Positions 35,157-43,817 of a stretch of 52,227 nt of DNA are shown piece by piece (the first letter of the stretch is position 1; each line of letters opens with the position of its first letter). A program made the translations under genes and the position numbers. The notes below the pieces were generated by a model. The model made no database searches. It worked only from the letters and a program-made list of their open reading frames with translations, and was not told where the DNA came from. The stretch is taken from the IMG/VR virus record IMGVR_UViG_3300020818_000003; one strand, given 5' to 3'. Origin of the DNA: a virus.

Positions 35157-36584
35157 TTATTTTATGCACGCTTTGTAATTAAAATCAATCATATACACGT
35201 CATCTTTCTTTAGAATGTAATATAGGCTTCTTTTCTTTATGACATCCCATGAGCAGCGTTCATCTACGTATTTTTGATTGTCGGGGATGAAGTTCATGTC
35301 AATATATCTGCCAATATCAAAAACCCCCCACATCCACCCTTGCTTCATGTAATTAGGTGCGATGAGGTTTAAAAATCCGAATGAATTCAACATTTTTCTG
35401 TTGTTTCTAGTAGGTTCGGTATTTCCTGAAATTACAACGTTGTATGTGTTGTTACTGGAGTTTTCTGTTATATCATTGGAAACGCTTTCTGCAATGTAAT
35501 TTGCATACTCATCACTATTTTTTAAAGTTTGACCAAATAATGATGACATTAAAAATGAAAATGAAAACAATATAACAAGACATGACTGCGTAATAACATT
35601 ATTCATTTTTAATTTTGATTCCTTCGCTATGACTACGATTGCATAGATAAATAACGGGAAACAGATAAACGTTCTTGGGCTAATTCCTACGCTTTCCAGT
35701 ATCAAGTTTGGTAGGGCTGTCAATAATAGTATGCACGCCAAGTAAATGCATATCATAAAAACTTTAAACGTATTTTCTTTCTTTTTAATAACTAAAGAAA
35801 TGGAGGTTATAGCAAGTAATATTATTGGCATTACAGCAATATAATAACCATCTTTCCATAGAATTTTATAAATATAAAAATATGTTTTAATTCTTTGAAC
35901 TATGATGTCTATGCTTTCTATATTTAAATGTAACATGGCTGCTCTACTCACTATCAATCCTGATAGGGAAAGCAAGCAGGAATATATAAAATACGCTGAG
36001 AAGAATGAAAAAATAGTAATGAATGACAATTTGAAGTCAATTGCCTCTTCATTTCGCATGCATTTTTTTATCATTAGACACAAAGCAACGCCAAAGTATA
36101 ACATTGCTGATGTTTGATATAACCCTAACACGATAGTTAAACAAACAATTGAGCAGGCGGAAAAGGCATATTTATTTTTGATTAAATAAGGTGACACGGC
36201 AAGTAGGACGGATATTGCCATCGGTAAAGAGTCAAACTTAAATGCCAGGTTTTCAAGTAAAAAAGGTGATGTTATGAATATTAAACTATAGAAAAATCTT
36301 AATTTTGGATCATCATCCAGCAAAACATAAGAAGAAACCATTCCAGCAATGGAAAAAAATAAAGCAGATAGCAGTAGAGAGAAAGGAAATATTGAAACTA
36401 TTCCATTACCGAAAGATATGATATGGATCAGTAGGTTGGCAAATATCCGGCCATCGCCGTCCCATCCATATCCAGACTCAGCTCTAAACATATCGTCTGC
36501 GTAGTATACATTTGCAAGCAGAATGGGTAAAATATAAACTAATGCTGTAATAACAACAAAAAAATGCCAACTTTTAATTTTCAT
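35157..36584 (-). CDS. Serotype-specific O-antigen glucosyltransferase (GtrC-type polytopic membrane protein)
   Basis: 475 aa with many TM segments, very AT-rich. Located downstream of gtrA and gtrB. Confidence 0.7.
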   Translation of the reverse strand: MKIKSWHFFVVITALVYILPILLANVYYADDMFRAESGYGWDGDGRIFANLLIHIISFGNGIVSIFPFSLLLSALFFSIAGMVSSYVLLDDDPKLRFFYSLIFITSPFLLENLAFKFDSLPMAISVLLAVSPYLIKNKYAFSACSIVCLTIVLGLYQTSAMLYFGVALCLMIKKCMRNEEAIDFKLSFITIFSFFSAYFIYSCLLSLSGLIVSRAAMLHLNIESIDIIVQRIKTYFYIYKILWKDGYYIAVMPIILLAITSISLVIKKKENTFKVFMICIYLACILLLTALPNLILESVGISPRTFICFPLFIYAIVVIAKESKLKMNNVITQSCLVILFSFSFLMSSLFGQTLKNSDEYANYIAESVSNDITENSSNNTYNVVISGNTEPTRNNRKMLNSFGFLNLIAPNYMKQGWMWGVFDIGRYIDMNFIPDNQKYVDERCSWDVIKKRSLYYILKKDDVYMIDFNYKACIK

Positions 36585-36814
36585 TAATTTTCATCTCAAA
36601 TCTGAAAGAATGGTATCTTTATAAAACTGAAAAATAAAGATGTTAGCTTATGGAAATTATGATTTTTTTCATTTTGCACTTGTAAAGTGGTTGCATGTTA
36701 AATTATCTCTGCGTTCTATAGGTATCATAAATTTCATGTATTAGCATTTCGCTTGTGATTATTTTTACCCGTAAATTATACGGGTGATTCTAACAAAGTG
36801 CTAAATACGTGCAA

Positions 36815-37726
36815 TTACTTTTTAACAATATATCTTGGACGACTTTTCGACTCAACGTAAATTCTGCCAATATACTCCCCAAGTACGCCAATCCCAATAA
36901 GCTGAATCCCACCCAGGAAAAGAATAGAAACCATAACAGAAGGGTAACCATGAACTGGGTTACCAAACGCCAAGGTATCGACTACGAGCCATCCGCCATA
37001 AATGAAAGAGATGAAAGCGACTAAAAGCCCGATATAAGTCCAAATCCTGAGTGGGAAGGTTGAAAAGCTTGTTATTCCTTCAAGAGCCAGATTCCATAAC
37101 TTCCAACCATTAAACTTCGATGTCCCCGCCACACGCTCTGCGCGTGAGTATTCAACGACTTCTGTTTTACCCCCAACCCAGCTAAGAATTCCCTTCATAA
37201 ATAGGTTTCGCTCAGGCATAAGCTTGATGTTTTCGACAACATCACGCGACATTAGACGGAAATCGCCAACATTCTCTTCTATCTTTGGATTGCTTATTTT
37301 GTTGTGAAGCTTGTAGAACATTTCAGCTGATTTGCGCTTGAGGTGGCCGTCAGTAGATCTATCAGTTCTTTTCGCCAGAACCATATCAGCACCATCGAGC
37401 CACTTCTCAATCAGCTTTGGTATTACTTCAATCGGGTCTTGCAAGTCTACGTCAATAGGGATGACTGCATCACCGGATGCATGCTCTAGCCCGGCAAATA
37501 GAGCAGGCTCTTTGCCGAAGTTTCTCGTAAAGCTTATTGCTTTAACCTTTGAATCTGATAATGCAAGAGCATGAATTATTGCTTCTGTAGAGTCTTTGCT
37601 CCCGTCATTGACAAAAACAAACTCGATCAAATGATCTTTTAATCCATCGAACTCGCGCACTGTTTTGTAGAAGATGGGGATGGCGTCCTCTTCATTGTAA
37701 ACAGGGACTACGAGAGATATTTTCAT
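36815..37726 (-). CDS. gtrB: Bactoprenol glucosyltransferase GtrB
   Basis: [20 protein letters not shown]...[10 protein letters not shown]...PIDVDLQDP is a GT2 signature, with two C-terminal TM segments. ATGA overlap with gtrA. Confidence 0.9.
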   Translation of the reverse strand: MKISLVVPVYNEEDAIPIFYKTVREFDGLKDHLIEFVFVNDGSKDSTEAIIHALALSDSKVKAISFTRNFGKEPALFAGLEHASGDAVIPIDVDLQDPIEVIPKLIEKWLDGADMVLAKRTDRSTDGHLKRKSAEMFYKLHNKISNPKIEENVGDFRLMSRDVVENIKLMPERNLFMKGILSWVGGKTEVVEYSRAERVAGTSKFNGWKLWNLALEGITSFSTFPLRIWTYIGLLVAFISFIYGGWLVVDTLAFGNPVHGYPSVMVSILFLGGIQLIGIGVLGEYIGRIYVESKSRPRYIVKK

Positions 37727-38085
37727 TTCGATTCCTTGAATATCACAAATTTGGAAAACAGAAATCCGCATATCAAGCTAATGGCGGAAAACTCAATAAG
37801 GGTAATTAGTGGGTTTATATGATAGTAGTCAGATACTTTGCCGGTGATTAAACTCATTATCCCCATAAAGCCGACATAAAGCACATAACCCTTTGAGGTG
37901 GCTTCTGCCTTAAAAGTGAATTTAGCATTAGCGAAGAATGAGAAACTGACAGCTACCAAAAAAGCGATAAAGTTTGCCGCCGCCTGGTTCACGCCCGCTA
38001 AGTAGACTCCACAAGCGAACACAGCCCAATGTATGCAGGTATTGACGACACCTACTGAGATATATCGGGAGAATAATTTTAGCAT
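37723..38085 (-). CDS. gtrA: GtrA flippase-family protein
   Basis: 120 aa with 4 TM segments. [19 protein letters not shown] is the GtrA-like family motif. Confidence 0.85.
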   Translation of the reverse strand: MLKLFSRYISVGVVNTCIHWAVFACGVYLAGVNQAAANFIAFLVAVSFSFFANAKFTFKAEATSKGYVLYVGFMGIMSLITGKVSDYYHINPLITLIEFSAISLICGFLFSKFVIFKESK

Positions 38086-38227
38086 TTGTAATGAGTTGTG
38101 GCGGGGTTAGGCTTGGAATTCTATCATCACAAGGCATAGCGATCAGCATTTAGCAAACAAACTTAGCGTTCATTTCCGAAAAAAAACACTAACCGGTCAG
38201 ATAATGAGCCGTTGACGTTGTTGCGGG

Positions 38228-38497
38228 TTACTTCTGTTTTGATGATCTTGGCTTGCGTTTTGGGGGCATGGGAATAACTTTTCTATCCATTGACTTCTTG
38301 TGCTCCTTGAACTCTTTTGCAAACTCTATGAATTCGTCCATTACAAACATGTAGTGTGGCATGTTGTCACCAGGCTTCGTGTTCTTGGTTTTTGGCAGCT
38401 TTAAGCCTAAAACATTCCCAGTTCTTGTCATGCAATGGAACAGCTCGCCGGTGCTGATCCCTAACATTTGTGCAGCCGTTTCGATATGTATAAGCAC
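38228..38497 (-). CDS. Hypothetical HTH-like protein with a basic tail
   Basis: 89 aa. AAQMLGISTGELF is HTH-like, with a C-terminal KRKPRSSKQK. Start uncertain (GTG at 38497 or ATG at 38467). Confidence 0.45.
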   Translation of the reverse strand: MLIHIETAAQMLGISTGELFHCMTRTGNVLGLKLPKTKNTKPGDNMPHYMFVMDEFIEFAKEFKEHKKSMDRKVIPMPPKRKPRSSKQK

Positions 38498-38708
38498 GCC
38501 TTCTAAACCCTAAAATTAACAACTATGAGACATTTTCCCACGAACCCATGCTCTGTTCCAGCGCTTGCAGTGCCATAGAGTGATGCATATCGATAATACT
38601 GGGGATTAAAATCCCTCCTTCCAGATCAGCCCCCTAAGACTTTCTCCCCGATCAGCCCTTCGCTATCGAAACACTTCGTGATTATACTGGTTATGCATAC
38701 AGTATTTC

Positions 38709-38993
38709 ATGGGGTGTTTTATGGGCGGGAAAGACTCGAATTACGATGTTGTGTATCGTGGTGAGACTCGCGACTACATCAGGCCGGGGATGTATGTTTT
38801 CTTTCAGAGACTGAAGGAGCACGGCGGCGGGTATTGGCTGGGACAAGCTTACGATGACTGGTTCGGATTTGTGATTGAGCAACCAGTGTCGCTGAGGGAG
38901 GGGATTGAGCTGCTTACCACGATAGGCAATCAGCAAAATGACATCATGAAGTTTGATGACAGCATGGACACGTTCATGCTGAAGGGGGAGTAG
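38709..38993 (+). CDS. Hypothetical protein adjacent to attP
   Basis: 94 aa (alternative start 38721). The composition is more protein-like than the overlapping reverse ORF. Confidence 0.45.
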   Translation: MGCFMGGKDSNYDVVYRGETRDYIRPGMYVFFQRLKEHGGGYWLGQAYDDWFGFVIEQPVSLREGIELLTTIGNQQNDIMKFDDSMDTFMLKGE

Positions 38994-39307
38994 AAATAGT
39001 TGATGGGTACAAAATTGCGTACATATCATGAGCTAGTAAGACGTACGTAGCATTAAAATCAGTAAGTTAAGTGCTAATGTATGTAATCGTGGAAGTAGAA
39101 AGTAGGTTGTACTGGTTTGTCTGACATTGTTATATTACGCCTATATTTGTATGTATTTGTCTATTCAAACCAACGTGTTAACTACATTCTATGTCTTAAT
39201 TCGTCCTATCTTGTCTTATAAATTACAAATAAAACTAAGCTAGTCCAGTTGAACAATGGTACACATTGGGTACAAAATTCATTTTTCCCTGTGTACAGAA
39301 TATTATC
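38994..39307. other. Candidate attP region
   Basis: AT-rich noncoding tract directly upstream of int. It is flanked by the direct repeat tgggtacaaaatt (39004..39016 and 39267..39279), with extra GTACA motifs and four (T/A)TGTCT motifs (about 39117, 39157, 39192, 39211). Confidence 0.5.
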
Positions 39308-40489
39308 ATGGCTCTCAGCGACACAAAACTACGTTCACTTCATGGCAAGCCGTACACAGGGAGCCCAGAGCTTTCTGATGGTGACGGGCTTGGTGTAAGA
39401 ATATCACCTCTCGGCGCTATGGCCTTCCAGTTTCGTTATCGCTGGGAGGGTAAAGCTCAGCGCATATCTCTTGGCAAATATCCCGCAATGGGATTGAAAG
39501 ATGCCAGAGCCCTTGTCGGCGAACTCCGCCTTTTATACGACAAGGGAATAAATCCCCGAACTCACTTTGATGCAAAACACACCTTATCTGAACTAACCGT
39601 AGGCGAATGCCTGGAGCATTGGATGGAGGATTATGTACGCAAGCAACTGCGTACAAATACTATCAATTTGTACGAGGCCGTTGTGGTCAAGCACATGACC
39701 AATGCATTCAAAGGCCGCCCAATCAGTTCAATCTCAGTGAAAGACTGGATTGGCTTCTTCACCGCTCAGGAGAAGGAGGGGCAGAAGCGCGCACGGATGA
39801 TGTTTATTCAGGCCAAGTCGGCATTCAGTTGGTGTATGCGCCGTCAACTGATCGACAAGTGTGAGATGATGCGCATTGAGCCTAAGGACGTTGGCCAGCG
39901 TTCTGAAACTGGCGAGCGAGTTCTGACGTTCAATGAGTTGGCGCAAATCTGGATCGCCATCGAAAGAACCCGCGCATCGCCAGCCAATAAATATCTTCAT
40001 CAACTCGTTATGTTATGGGGATGCCGCCTGTCCGAGCTTCGCCTGTCTCTAAAGCAAGAGTTCGATATGACTGATCTGATTTGGACAGTACCGAAAGAGC
40101 ATAGCAAGATGGGTAACATTATCCGCAGGCCTATATTCAGCCACGCTCAGCCAATAATTGAACGACTAATGGATGCATATGACAACGTTATGTTCCCCGG
40201 TCATGATATTAATGAGCCGATCAGCATAGCCGCTGCAAACCGGTACATCGGTCGTATTCGTGATGATATGGACGGCATGGGATACTGGAGGGCGCACGAC
40301 TTCCGACGCACTGTTGTCACCAGATTGTCGGAAGAAGGTATTGCCCCACACGTTACAGAGAAAATGATGGGGCATGACCTTGGCGGCGTGATGGCTGTTT
40401 ATAACAAGCATGACTGGATGGATGAGCAGAGGCGGGGATATGAAATCTTTGCTGATAAGCTGTTCTGGCACATTAAAAATGTGAAGTGA
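39308..40489 (+). CDS. int: Tyrosine integrase, P4-type (DUF4102 N-terminal arm-binding domain)
   Basis: MALSDTKLRSLHGKPYTGSPELSDGDGLGVRISPLGAMAFQFRYRWEGKAQRISLGKYPAMGLKDAR. The C-terminus has HDFRRT...MGHDL...Y catalytic motifs. Confidence 0.9.
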   Translation: MALSDTKLRSLHGKPYTGSPELSDGDGLGVRISPLGAMAFQFRYRWEGKAQRISLGKYPAMGLKDARALVGELRLLYDKGINPRTHFDAKHTLSELTVGECLEHWMEDYVRKQLRTNTINLYEAVVVKHMTNAFKGRPISSISVKDWIGFFTAQEKEGQKRARMMFIQAKSAFSWCMRRQLIDKCEMMRIEPKDVGQRSETGERVLTFNELAQIWIAIERTRASPANKYLHQLVMLWGCRLSELRLSLKQEFDMTDLIWTVPKEHSKMGNIIRRPIFSHAQPIIERLMDAYDNVMFPGHDINEPISIAAANRYIGRIRDDMDGMGYWRAHDFRRTVVTRLSEEGIAPHVTEKMMGHDLGGVMAVYNKHDWMDEQRRGYEIFADKLFWHIKNVK

Positions 40490-40491
40490 GC

Positions 40492-40671
40492 TCATGCAGC
40501 CTTGGGCTCTGAGCGCCGGATTACCCACGCCTCTACTGCAGATTTAAGGTAGAGGGTGGGATGGGTTTTAATGGGATGAGGGAAGCCGCTGTCACGCTCG
40601 TAGCGATAAAGTGTGTCGCGAGATTTAACCTGCAGGAATTCCATTACTTCTTCTTTCGTCATTACGTTCAT
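40492..40671 (-). CDS. xis: Excisionase / AlpA-family HTH protein (59 aa)
   Basis: MNVMTKEEVMEFLQVKSRDTLYRYERDSGFPHPIKTHPTLYLKSAVEAWV fits the AlpA/Xis pattern. GAGG RBS. Below the ORF-track cutoff. Confidence 0.7.
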   Translation of the reverse strand: MNVMTKEEVMEFLQVKSRDTLYRYERDSGFPHPIKTHPTLYLKSAVEAWVIRRSEPKAA

Positions 40672-40682
40672 GCTTACCTCTA

Positions 40683-40883
40683 CTATTTACCTGCGAACAC
40701 CCGATAGACATGCACATTCAGCCATAACCAAACTTCATGCCCGCTTGGGCAGAGTGGCTTAGCTTGGGGTGAATACTTATCGAGTAGTTCGCGGAGTGAT
40801 TGAGTGTTTTCTTTACTGCGGAGTTCGGTGAGGAGTTTCTTTGCTATTGAGCGGACTGCGTTGTCTGACTCTTCTGGCGTCAT
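40683..40883 (-). CDS. Hypothetical protein
   Basis: 66 aa, in the PL-operon orientation. Confidence 0.5.
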   Translation of the reverse strand: MTPEESDNAVRSIAKKLLTELRSKENTQSLRELLDKYSPQAKPLCPSGHEVWLWLNVHVYRVFAGK

Positions 40884-40891
40884 GGGTTGCC

Positions 40892-41143
40892 TTAATCAAA
40901 GAACCTGATGGTTGAGCCTTTCATCCATGCAGAACAGACGACCCCGTTTACTTGCTTGCCAGACGGTGAGATGGCATCAAACTCAGTCGCGTAATAGTCA
41001 CCCTTAGAGCATCCTGCCCACGAATAACCGCCGATATGAATGTTGGTAAATCCGTTATCAGACAACACTTTTCCTGCACGTTCTGGGTCAGTACATCCGG
41101 AAAGTGCCAGGCAGACAATGACCAATCCAATAAGCTTTTTCAT
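40892..41143 (-). CDS. Small lipoprotein
   Basis: MKKLIGLVIVCLALSGC carries a signal peptide with an LSGC lipobox. 83 aa. Confidence 0.7.
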   Translation of the reverse strand: MKKLIGLVIVCLALSGCTDPERAGKVLSDNGFTNIHIGGYSWAGCSKGDYYATEFDAISPSGKQVNGVVCSAWMKGSTIRFFD

Positions 41144-41379
41144 GCTGCACTCCCGTAGTGAACTTTCGATAGCTTCCTGTGGCCTGCCAGAACATTGGCT
41201 ATGTAGCTGGCCTTATTCGTGGTCACTTCAATTTGATAGTGCTTTCCACGATACTTAACGTCATAAATCTCTTCGTGATAGAGGTGACTTTCCCCATATA
41301 TTTCCCTGTGACGCTCTACTGCATTGTGAGCAGCTGCAATATGAGCGGGGATGGAATCCCCTTTGATGATGATTTTCAT
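41140..41379 (-). CDS. Hypothetical protein
   Basis: 79 aa, with ATGA overlaps on both sides. Confidence 0.6.
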   Translation of the reverse strand: MKIIIKGDSIPAHIAAAHNAVERHREIYGESHLYHEEIYDVKYRGKHYQIEVTTNKASYIANVLAGHRKLSKVHYGSAA

Positions 41380-41669
41380 GCATCCTCCGCAGAGAGTTGC
41401 TCAGCCGTCAGGTGAGTGAAGACCTTTGATAATTCCAGGCAAACGCGGTCGATTTTGGCGCCCATTTCCCGCAGCGAAGTAACATCAGAATCACGAACCT
41501 CTTTCATGATGAGAGAGCGGAGCAGTGAATCCATTTTTGAGTGAAAGCTTGCATTCTTCAGCACTTCTTCGCCTTCGTTCTTGCCGGATTTGGCAATGCC
41601 TTTCTCCTGTAAAATGAACTGGAACTTGTCGCTGGTAATTACCCACTTGTTGTCGATTTCAATGCGCAT
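41376..41669 (-). CDS. Hypothetical protein
   Basis: The start at 41669 has GGAG 6 nt upstream. The ORF-track start at 41681 lacks an RBS. Confidence 0.6.
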   Translation of the reverse strand: MRIEIDNKWVITSDKFQFILQEKGIAKSGKNEGEEVLKNASFHSKMDSLLRSLIMKEVRDSDVTSLREMGAKIDRVCLELSKVFTHLTAEQLSAEDA

Positions 41670-41877
41670 TGTGTTCTCCAATCTTCAGTATTTTGGTCAC
41701 AGCCCCGACATCACAGCCGGCAGCAAGAATGTTCGTACCTTCGTGCAGTGATACCCGCACATCAGCTGGCTCGACTCCTGTCATGCTCCACAATCCCTGT
41801 TTCAACGCCGCTTCAAGTTCAGACGTGTCTACTCGACCCGCGTAGTAATAAGCGCGGGGTAATTTGACTGTGATCAT
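41659..41877 (-). CDS. Hypothetical protein
   Basis: The start at 41877 (MITVKLPR) has GAGG upstream. The ATG at 41892 abuts the terminator U-tract. Confidence 0.55.
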   Translation of the reverse strand: MITVKLPRAYYYAGRVDTSELEAALKQGLWSMTGVEPADVRVSLHEGTNILAAGCDVGAVTKILKIGEHNAH

Positions 41878-41904
41878 CGGGGGATACCTCATGTTGCAGG
41901 CAAT

Positions 41905-41926
41905 AAAAAACCCCGCATTTGCGAGG
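41905..41926 (-). terminator. Intrinsic terminator inside the leftward early operon
   Basis: Reverse strand reads CCUCGC-AAAU-GCGGGG (one G.U pair) followed by UUUUUU. On the forward strand the same position would be a C.A mismatch, so the structure is strand-specific. Confidence 0.65.
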
Positions 41927-41951
41927 TTAGATTTTGAAGCGAGTATTCTAT

Positions 41952-42242
41952 TTAAGGGGCTGGATTTGGATTCTCTCCAAGTATCCTGATGTCTATATTT
42001 TCGGGCGTTTCACCGTCAGCGACTGCTAGGAAATATGTACGGCCATCAATACCGGATGTGTGCCTAACTACGTTAAAGCTCACCAGCATCAGTGGCTGTC
42101 CTCGCACAGCGTTTACTTCACCCGGCCTGAAGCCCTGCACTACAACCGCTGGCATAAAATTAACAACATCACCGCCGTGGTAGTCAGTTGAGCGAAGCGA
42201 ACCTTCGTGACCATACCCAAATAAAATAAAATCACACTCCAT
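41952..42242 (-). CDS. Hypothetical protein
   Basis: 96 aa, TAATG overlap with the upstream gene. Confidence 0.6.
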   Translation of the reverse strand: MECDFILFGYGHEGSLRSTDYHGGDVVNFMPAVVVQGFRPGEVNAVRGQPLMLVSFNVVRHTSGIDGRTYFLAVADGETPENIDIRILGENPNPAP

Positions 42243-42478
42243 TATTTCAGCTCCTCTTTCGGTTGAATATCCATCTTACCCAATGTCGCCTTCATTGCTC
42301 TGTGATGCGCCAAGCGCTCCCTGAAGTATTCACGCAGATGCTCCGGCTGCTCACGTTCGATAATCTCAGCGACTACCGGCTGGTTGTATCGCTCTTTGAA
42401 AGCAACGCCTCCCGCAGCTAAATCCACGTTAACTTTGTCCATTTCGTCTTTGGGTAGGTCAGCAAGATTGTATGACAT
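42242..42478 (-). CDS. Hypothetical protein
   Basis: 78 aa, GGAGG RBS. Confidence 0.65.
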   Translation of the reverse strand: MSYNLADLPKDEMDKVNVDLAAGGVAFKERYNQPVVAEIIEREQPEHLREYFRERLAHHRAMKATLGKMDIQPKEELK

Positions 42479-42512
42479 ATATCCTCCATTGTAGGGAGGA
42501 TTATAGCACTGG

Positions 42513-42719
42513 CTACTCGTCGCGACTTATGAGCTCAATCGTTAAATCCACCAGCCAACGCTCTTCAGTCACATAAGCCCATTTCTGCTTCGATTTGAGC
42601 CAGTGCTTATAGGTTACCAGCTTTGTCTCTCCATCCATGCTCTCCGAAACAAGGTGCTGTTTCTGGCCTCGCCACATCCAGGTGACCGGCAGCTTCTTTT
42701 CATCCATATCACTCACCAT
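42513..42719 (-). CDS. Hypothetical protein
   Basis: 68 aa. Start ambiguous (42719 or 42707). Confidence 0.55.
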   Translation of the reverse strand: MVSDMDEKKLPVTWMWRGQKQHLVSESMDGETKLVTYKHWLKSKQKWAYVTEERWLVDLTIELISRDE

Positions 42720-43593
42720 CCTTCACGATGCCACCAGCGGCCTTATTCATCGCTATAACATCTTCTTTATAAGCTGCTGCCGCATCACATCCAGCATTCA
42801 TGCACGTATGCCTATCAGTGAATTTAGGTAGCAACACGACAGGCTTTTGCGGGGCGGTGAATAGATCGTCTTCATCCAGCTCAATCTCTACATTACAGTG
42901 GGGGCAGAACCCATCTGCCTCTGCATGCTGATCCCTCGTCATTACCTTGCGGCATGAATAACAAGTAATGACCTGCACCTGATCGCCTTTCAGCGCTGTA
43001 GGCCACCCATGGTAGTGCATGAACGCGCAGTAGTTCGCCACATCAAGTGGGTCGCCTTTTGTGATGTGATGATTGAAGTCAACTAGGCACTTACCCTGCC
43101 AATCGTGTTGCATCCACGAATTCGAATATCCGCATTTCTGTTCTGCTTTATGCATCTTGACGGCCATTGCAGATGCAAAAACTAACAACAGGGCTTTCGT
43201 GTCTTGATGAAGGCCATCAGGCATCACCAACACATCTGGTTTCAGCGCTGAGATTTCATCCGTTGCAGCAATCAGCGCTTCTTCAACACCGCGAGTGTGC
43301 TTCTCCATAACTGCGATTTCTGCCTCTGCTTTGTTTAGTCTCTCAATGGCAGCCCACAATTTTAAATTGTGATTACGCACCGCATCGGTTGGGGCATCCA
43401 TCGACCGCAAATCTTCCTGCAGTTTCTCAGCCCGCTGGCGTTCTGCTTCGAGCTGGTCGAGCGCGTCGATACACTGCTGGTACATCGGGTCTACTTTTCC
43501 GAGTCCCATCACGCAGCCCATCATCATTTCGTGCTGTGAAATAGCCGATTGCAGCCTTTTACGCAGCGCCTTGATATCTGTTGTATCAGTCAT
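42709..43593 (-). CDS. Ea22-like coiled-coil protein with a DUF550-like (MazZ-type dNTP pyrophosphohydrolase-like) domain and a C-terminal zinc ribbon
   Basis: N-terminal coiled coil (LDQLEAERQRAEKLQEDL). KAEQKCGYSNSWMQHDWQGKCLVDFNHHITKGDPLDVANYCAFMHYHGW resembles DUF550 as I recall it. CYSCRK...CPHCN is a zinc ribbon. The start at 43593 overlaps the upstream stop (ATGA). Confidence 0.5.
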   Translation of the reverse strand: MTDTTDIKALRKRLQSAISQHEMMMGCVMGLGKVDPMYQQCIDALDQLEAERQRAEKLQEDLRSMDAPTDAVRNHNLKLWAAIERLNKAEAEIAVMEKHTRGVEEALIAATDEISALKPDVLVMPDGLHQDTKALLLVFASAMAVKMHKAEQKCGYSNSWMQHDWQGKCLVDFNHHITKGDPLDVANYCAFMHYHGWPTALKGDQVQVITCYSCRKVMTRDQHAEADGFCPHCNVEIELDEDDLFTAPQKPVVLLPKFTDRHTCMNAGCDAAAAYKEDVIAMNKAAGGIVKDGE

Positions 43594-43817
43594 TTCTTTG
43601 GCTCCCATTTAAATGCAGGTGATACAAGCTCATGCACGTAAGTTCCTTTTTCGTTGTATTGCTCAAGAGCCTGGATCACATCTTCATCATCCTGCGTATC
43701 GCCAAAAGATCCGATGGCAAACAAAATCTCAGAAGGTGCATTGAGGTTTATGAGGATGGTGGTCATTTCTTTAGCCAGACGGCGTTTCATTTCATTGGTC
43801 ATGGCTGTATCAGTCAT
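43590..43817 (-). CDS. Hypothetical protein
   Basis: 75 aa, overlapping its neighbours. Confidence 0.55.
   Translation of the reverse strand: MTDTAMTNEMKRRLAKEMTTILINLNAPSEILFAIGSFGDTQDDEDVIQALEQYNEKGTYVHELVSPAFKWEPKK

Noticed and set aside
35902-37024. Forward-strand ORFs (35902..36117 and 36809..37024) inside the gtr genes
   Set aside because: They are antisense shadows in very AT-rich DNA. The reverse-strand GtrC-type and GtrB products are clearly real.
38086-38227. Dam/OxyR phase-variation switch upstream of gtrA (as in Salmonella gtr operons)
   Set aside because: I found only one GATC (38141..38144). The paired GATC/OxyR half-site arrangement is absent.
38601-38615. tRNA-like T-arm (ggggattaaaatccc), a possible tRNA fragment marking attP
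   Set aside because: The stem and loop geometry does not fit a T-arm (2-nt loop). There is no acceptor-stem or CCA context, and I saw no tRNA gene anywhere in the window.
38691-39029. 112-aa reverse-strand ORF overlapping the 94-aa forward ORF
   Set aside because: The composition is implausible (His/Leu/Pro/Ile-rich) and there is no RBS. The forward ORF is more protein-like, though it is itself only moderately supported.
39107-39140. TTGT-N6-TTGT as a CII-dependent PI promoter for int
   Set aside because: It uses TTGT rather than TTGC, and the hexamer at N13 (ATTACG) is a poor -10. It may instead be part of the attP protein-binding array.
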